In this document: positions 62,068 to 64,000 of the stretch, in pieces
Layout: the number at the start of each line of letters is the position of its first letter
How positions within the stretch are numbered: position 1 is the stretch's first letter
NCBI RefSeq assembly: GCF_009914755.1
Contig: NC_060938.1
Direction: 5' to 3' (one strand)
DNA from: the human T2T-CHM13v2.0 reference genome, Homo sapiens
Length of the DNA stretch: 64,000 bases
Notes under the pieces: model-generated
Told to the model about the DNA's origin: nothing
Seen by the model: the letters and a program-made list of their open reading frames with translations, nothing else
Databases searched by the model: none
Program-made: the position numbers and the translations under genes

Positions 62068-62191
62068 CTGGGGAACAGCAAGATCCATCATTACAGCCTC
62101 ATTACAAGCCATCTGTGTAGTCCTGCCTCTCCACCCTCATGGATGTGGCTGGGCTCACTACCTTCCCTATAGAATCCCTGTGTAACCTCAC

Positions 62192-62333
62192 CTATGTTCT
62201 TATGCAGGGAGCGGATAAAAGTGGCTGCTAGAATGTTCCTCTCCTTACAGCTGAGCTCCACAGGAGGTTGAATGCCATCATCCACCACCAGTGTGAGCAG
62301 CTTATGGACAGGGTCAGGACCAAGGTATGAAAA
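62192..62333 (-). CDS. AREL1: AREL1 coding exon (FSYLGPDPVHK...RSLHKNI)
   Basis: ccag|TTT...ATAG|gtgagg; 142 nt. Confidence 0.93.
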
Positions 62334-63148
62334 CTGGTAAAGAAAAACAAAGAAATTAATCTATAAAACCCTCAAGGCCAGTAAAAGTCCTCCACAGCTC
62401 TATCCTGTGTACCAACCAACAACAATAAGTTAGGCTTGTTTTCTCCAAATGAGGACCTACCAGAAATACATTTCATTATTTTTCCCTTCAGTGATTTACA
62501 TTTCAACATTTAAAATTATTTTAGTCACAGAGACTGCCTTTAGTTAGGACCACCAGCAAAACTACAGACCTTCTAACATAAAATATAAGAAGGGTGATAT
62601 GTTAAATAGCAATAAATGGCAATACGGTGATATATTAAATAGCAATAGTAAGGATATATTAAACAGCAATAAATGACTACTCCAAACTGATCAGAAGAAA
62701 ACTATTTTTATAAAATGGCACATTCTAGCCTTTGGGCAAAAGTTTAGATTCCAGAAGCCCAGAAAAGTTAACAACAAACAAACAATGTATTTTAATATAT
62801 GAGAGTGGTGCTTCTAAAAGGAGTTAGCTTCAGCACACTGGGAGACCAAGCTTGGGCCAGAGTTACAAACATCTTCTCTATTAACTTAGTCTTGAAGGCA
62901 AAGGATCACTGTTGAAGTATTCTGAGTTGCTGCTAATTCCTGTTTCTGTAGGCATGCGTCCTTCCAGAATTTATATATTCTTCATGCCATTTAGTGAGGA
63001 GATAATGATGCTTTATTTGGCAACGAATCCTGTGTACACTGTGAGATCTTGCAGAAACACTAAAAGTGCTTCTGAGAAAAAATAAAAGGCTGAGATAGTC
63101 CAGAGATGAAGCATGCTTGATGTGAACCAGATGTAAGGTTCAGCTTAC

Positions 63149-63226
63149 TTTTGTTCCTGGACACACTCGGAAGGTGTAAAGGCGCCAGGGGATGATCTTC
63201 AGGTAGAACTCCTTCACTGAGAATTG
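63149..63226 (-). CDS. AREL1: AREL1 internal coding exon (QFSVKEFYLKIIPWRLYTFRVCPGTK); upstream exons lie beyond the window
   Basis: ccag|CAA...AAA|gtaagc; 78 nt, phase 0/0, in frame with downstream exons. Confidence 0.92.
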
Positions 63227-63431
63227 CTGGAGGACCAACAGACAGGAAATGAAGTGAATGATAAATAAAAAGGCTCTATTTGGGTATTCTAATTCAAATA
63301 TCATAGTCCCTATTTACATTTCTCATAACCTTTCCTCTCCATGGACAAAAGTAATAATTTAGTGAGTACTAAAGTCAAATAAATACATTAACTCTCTATT
63401 TAAAAAGGCAAATTAAAAATATTACCCTGAT

Positions 63432-63799
<368 letters not shown>

Positions 63800-64000
63800 C
63801 TAAATATCTGGGATCAGGTTTTCACTTTATGAGAACAGAATATTTCACCTAGAAACAATCAAAATCTCCTTCTGCTCAGCCCCATGATGCTCAGAATGAC
63901 TTCCTCCAAGTTACTGGATAGCAAACACCAGCAACCCATACACACTGCTTTATACCTATTTGAATGGTGCCAAGGATCTGCCAGGGAAGGGAGGCAAGAT

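Overview
Primate DNA. Both proteins match the human sequences as I recall them, which would place the window at the LTBP2-AREL1 locus (recognised from memory, not by a search). It holds two tandem minus-strand genes. The left end has LTBP2 coding exon 1 (544-1037) with its CpG-island promoter. The right end has the last 12 coding exons of the HECT E3 ligase AREL1/KIAA0317 (63226-52836). These splice GT-AG into one open frame of 463 aa plus stop, followed by a ~2.5 kb 3'UTR and an AATAAA at 50384-50389. The ~48 kb between the genes is non-coding and rich in Alu (~30), MIR, L2, L1M, CR1, MaLR/ERVL LTR and hAT fossils, with several candidate enhancer and CTCF sites. Nearly all other entries in the ORF track are Alu, GC-rich or chance frames. 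I cannot support a new biological system here. The best testable leads are regulatory: (i) the AREL1 catalytic Cys codon is split by a 76-nt last intron, whose retention gives Trp-stop; (ii) a phase-0, 492-nt four-exon block lies between inverted Alus and could form an endless-ORF circRNA; (iii) an antisense-Alu poison-exon candidate; (iv) a miR-15/16 site cluster in the AREL1 UTR; (v) an in-frame CUG N-terminal extension of LTBP2; (vi) AP-1/TEAD/RUNX/SMAD and CTCF motif clusters upstream of LTBP2. Repeat boundaries and subfamily calls were made by eye and are approximate.
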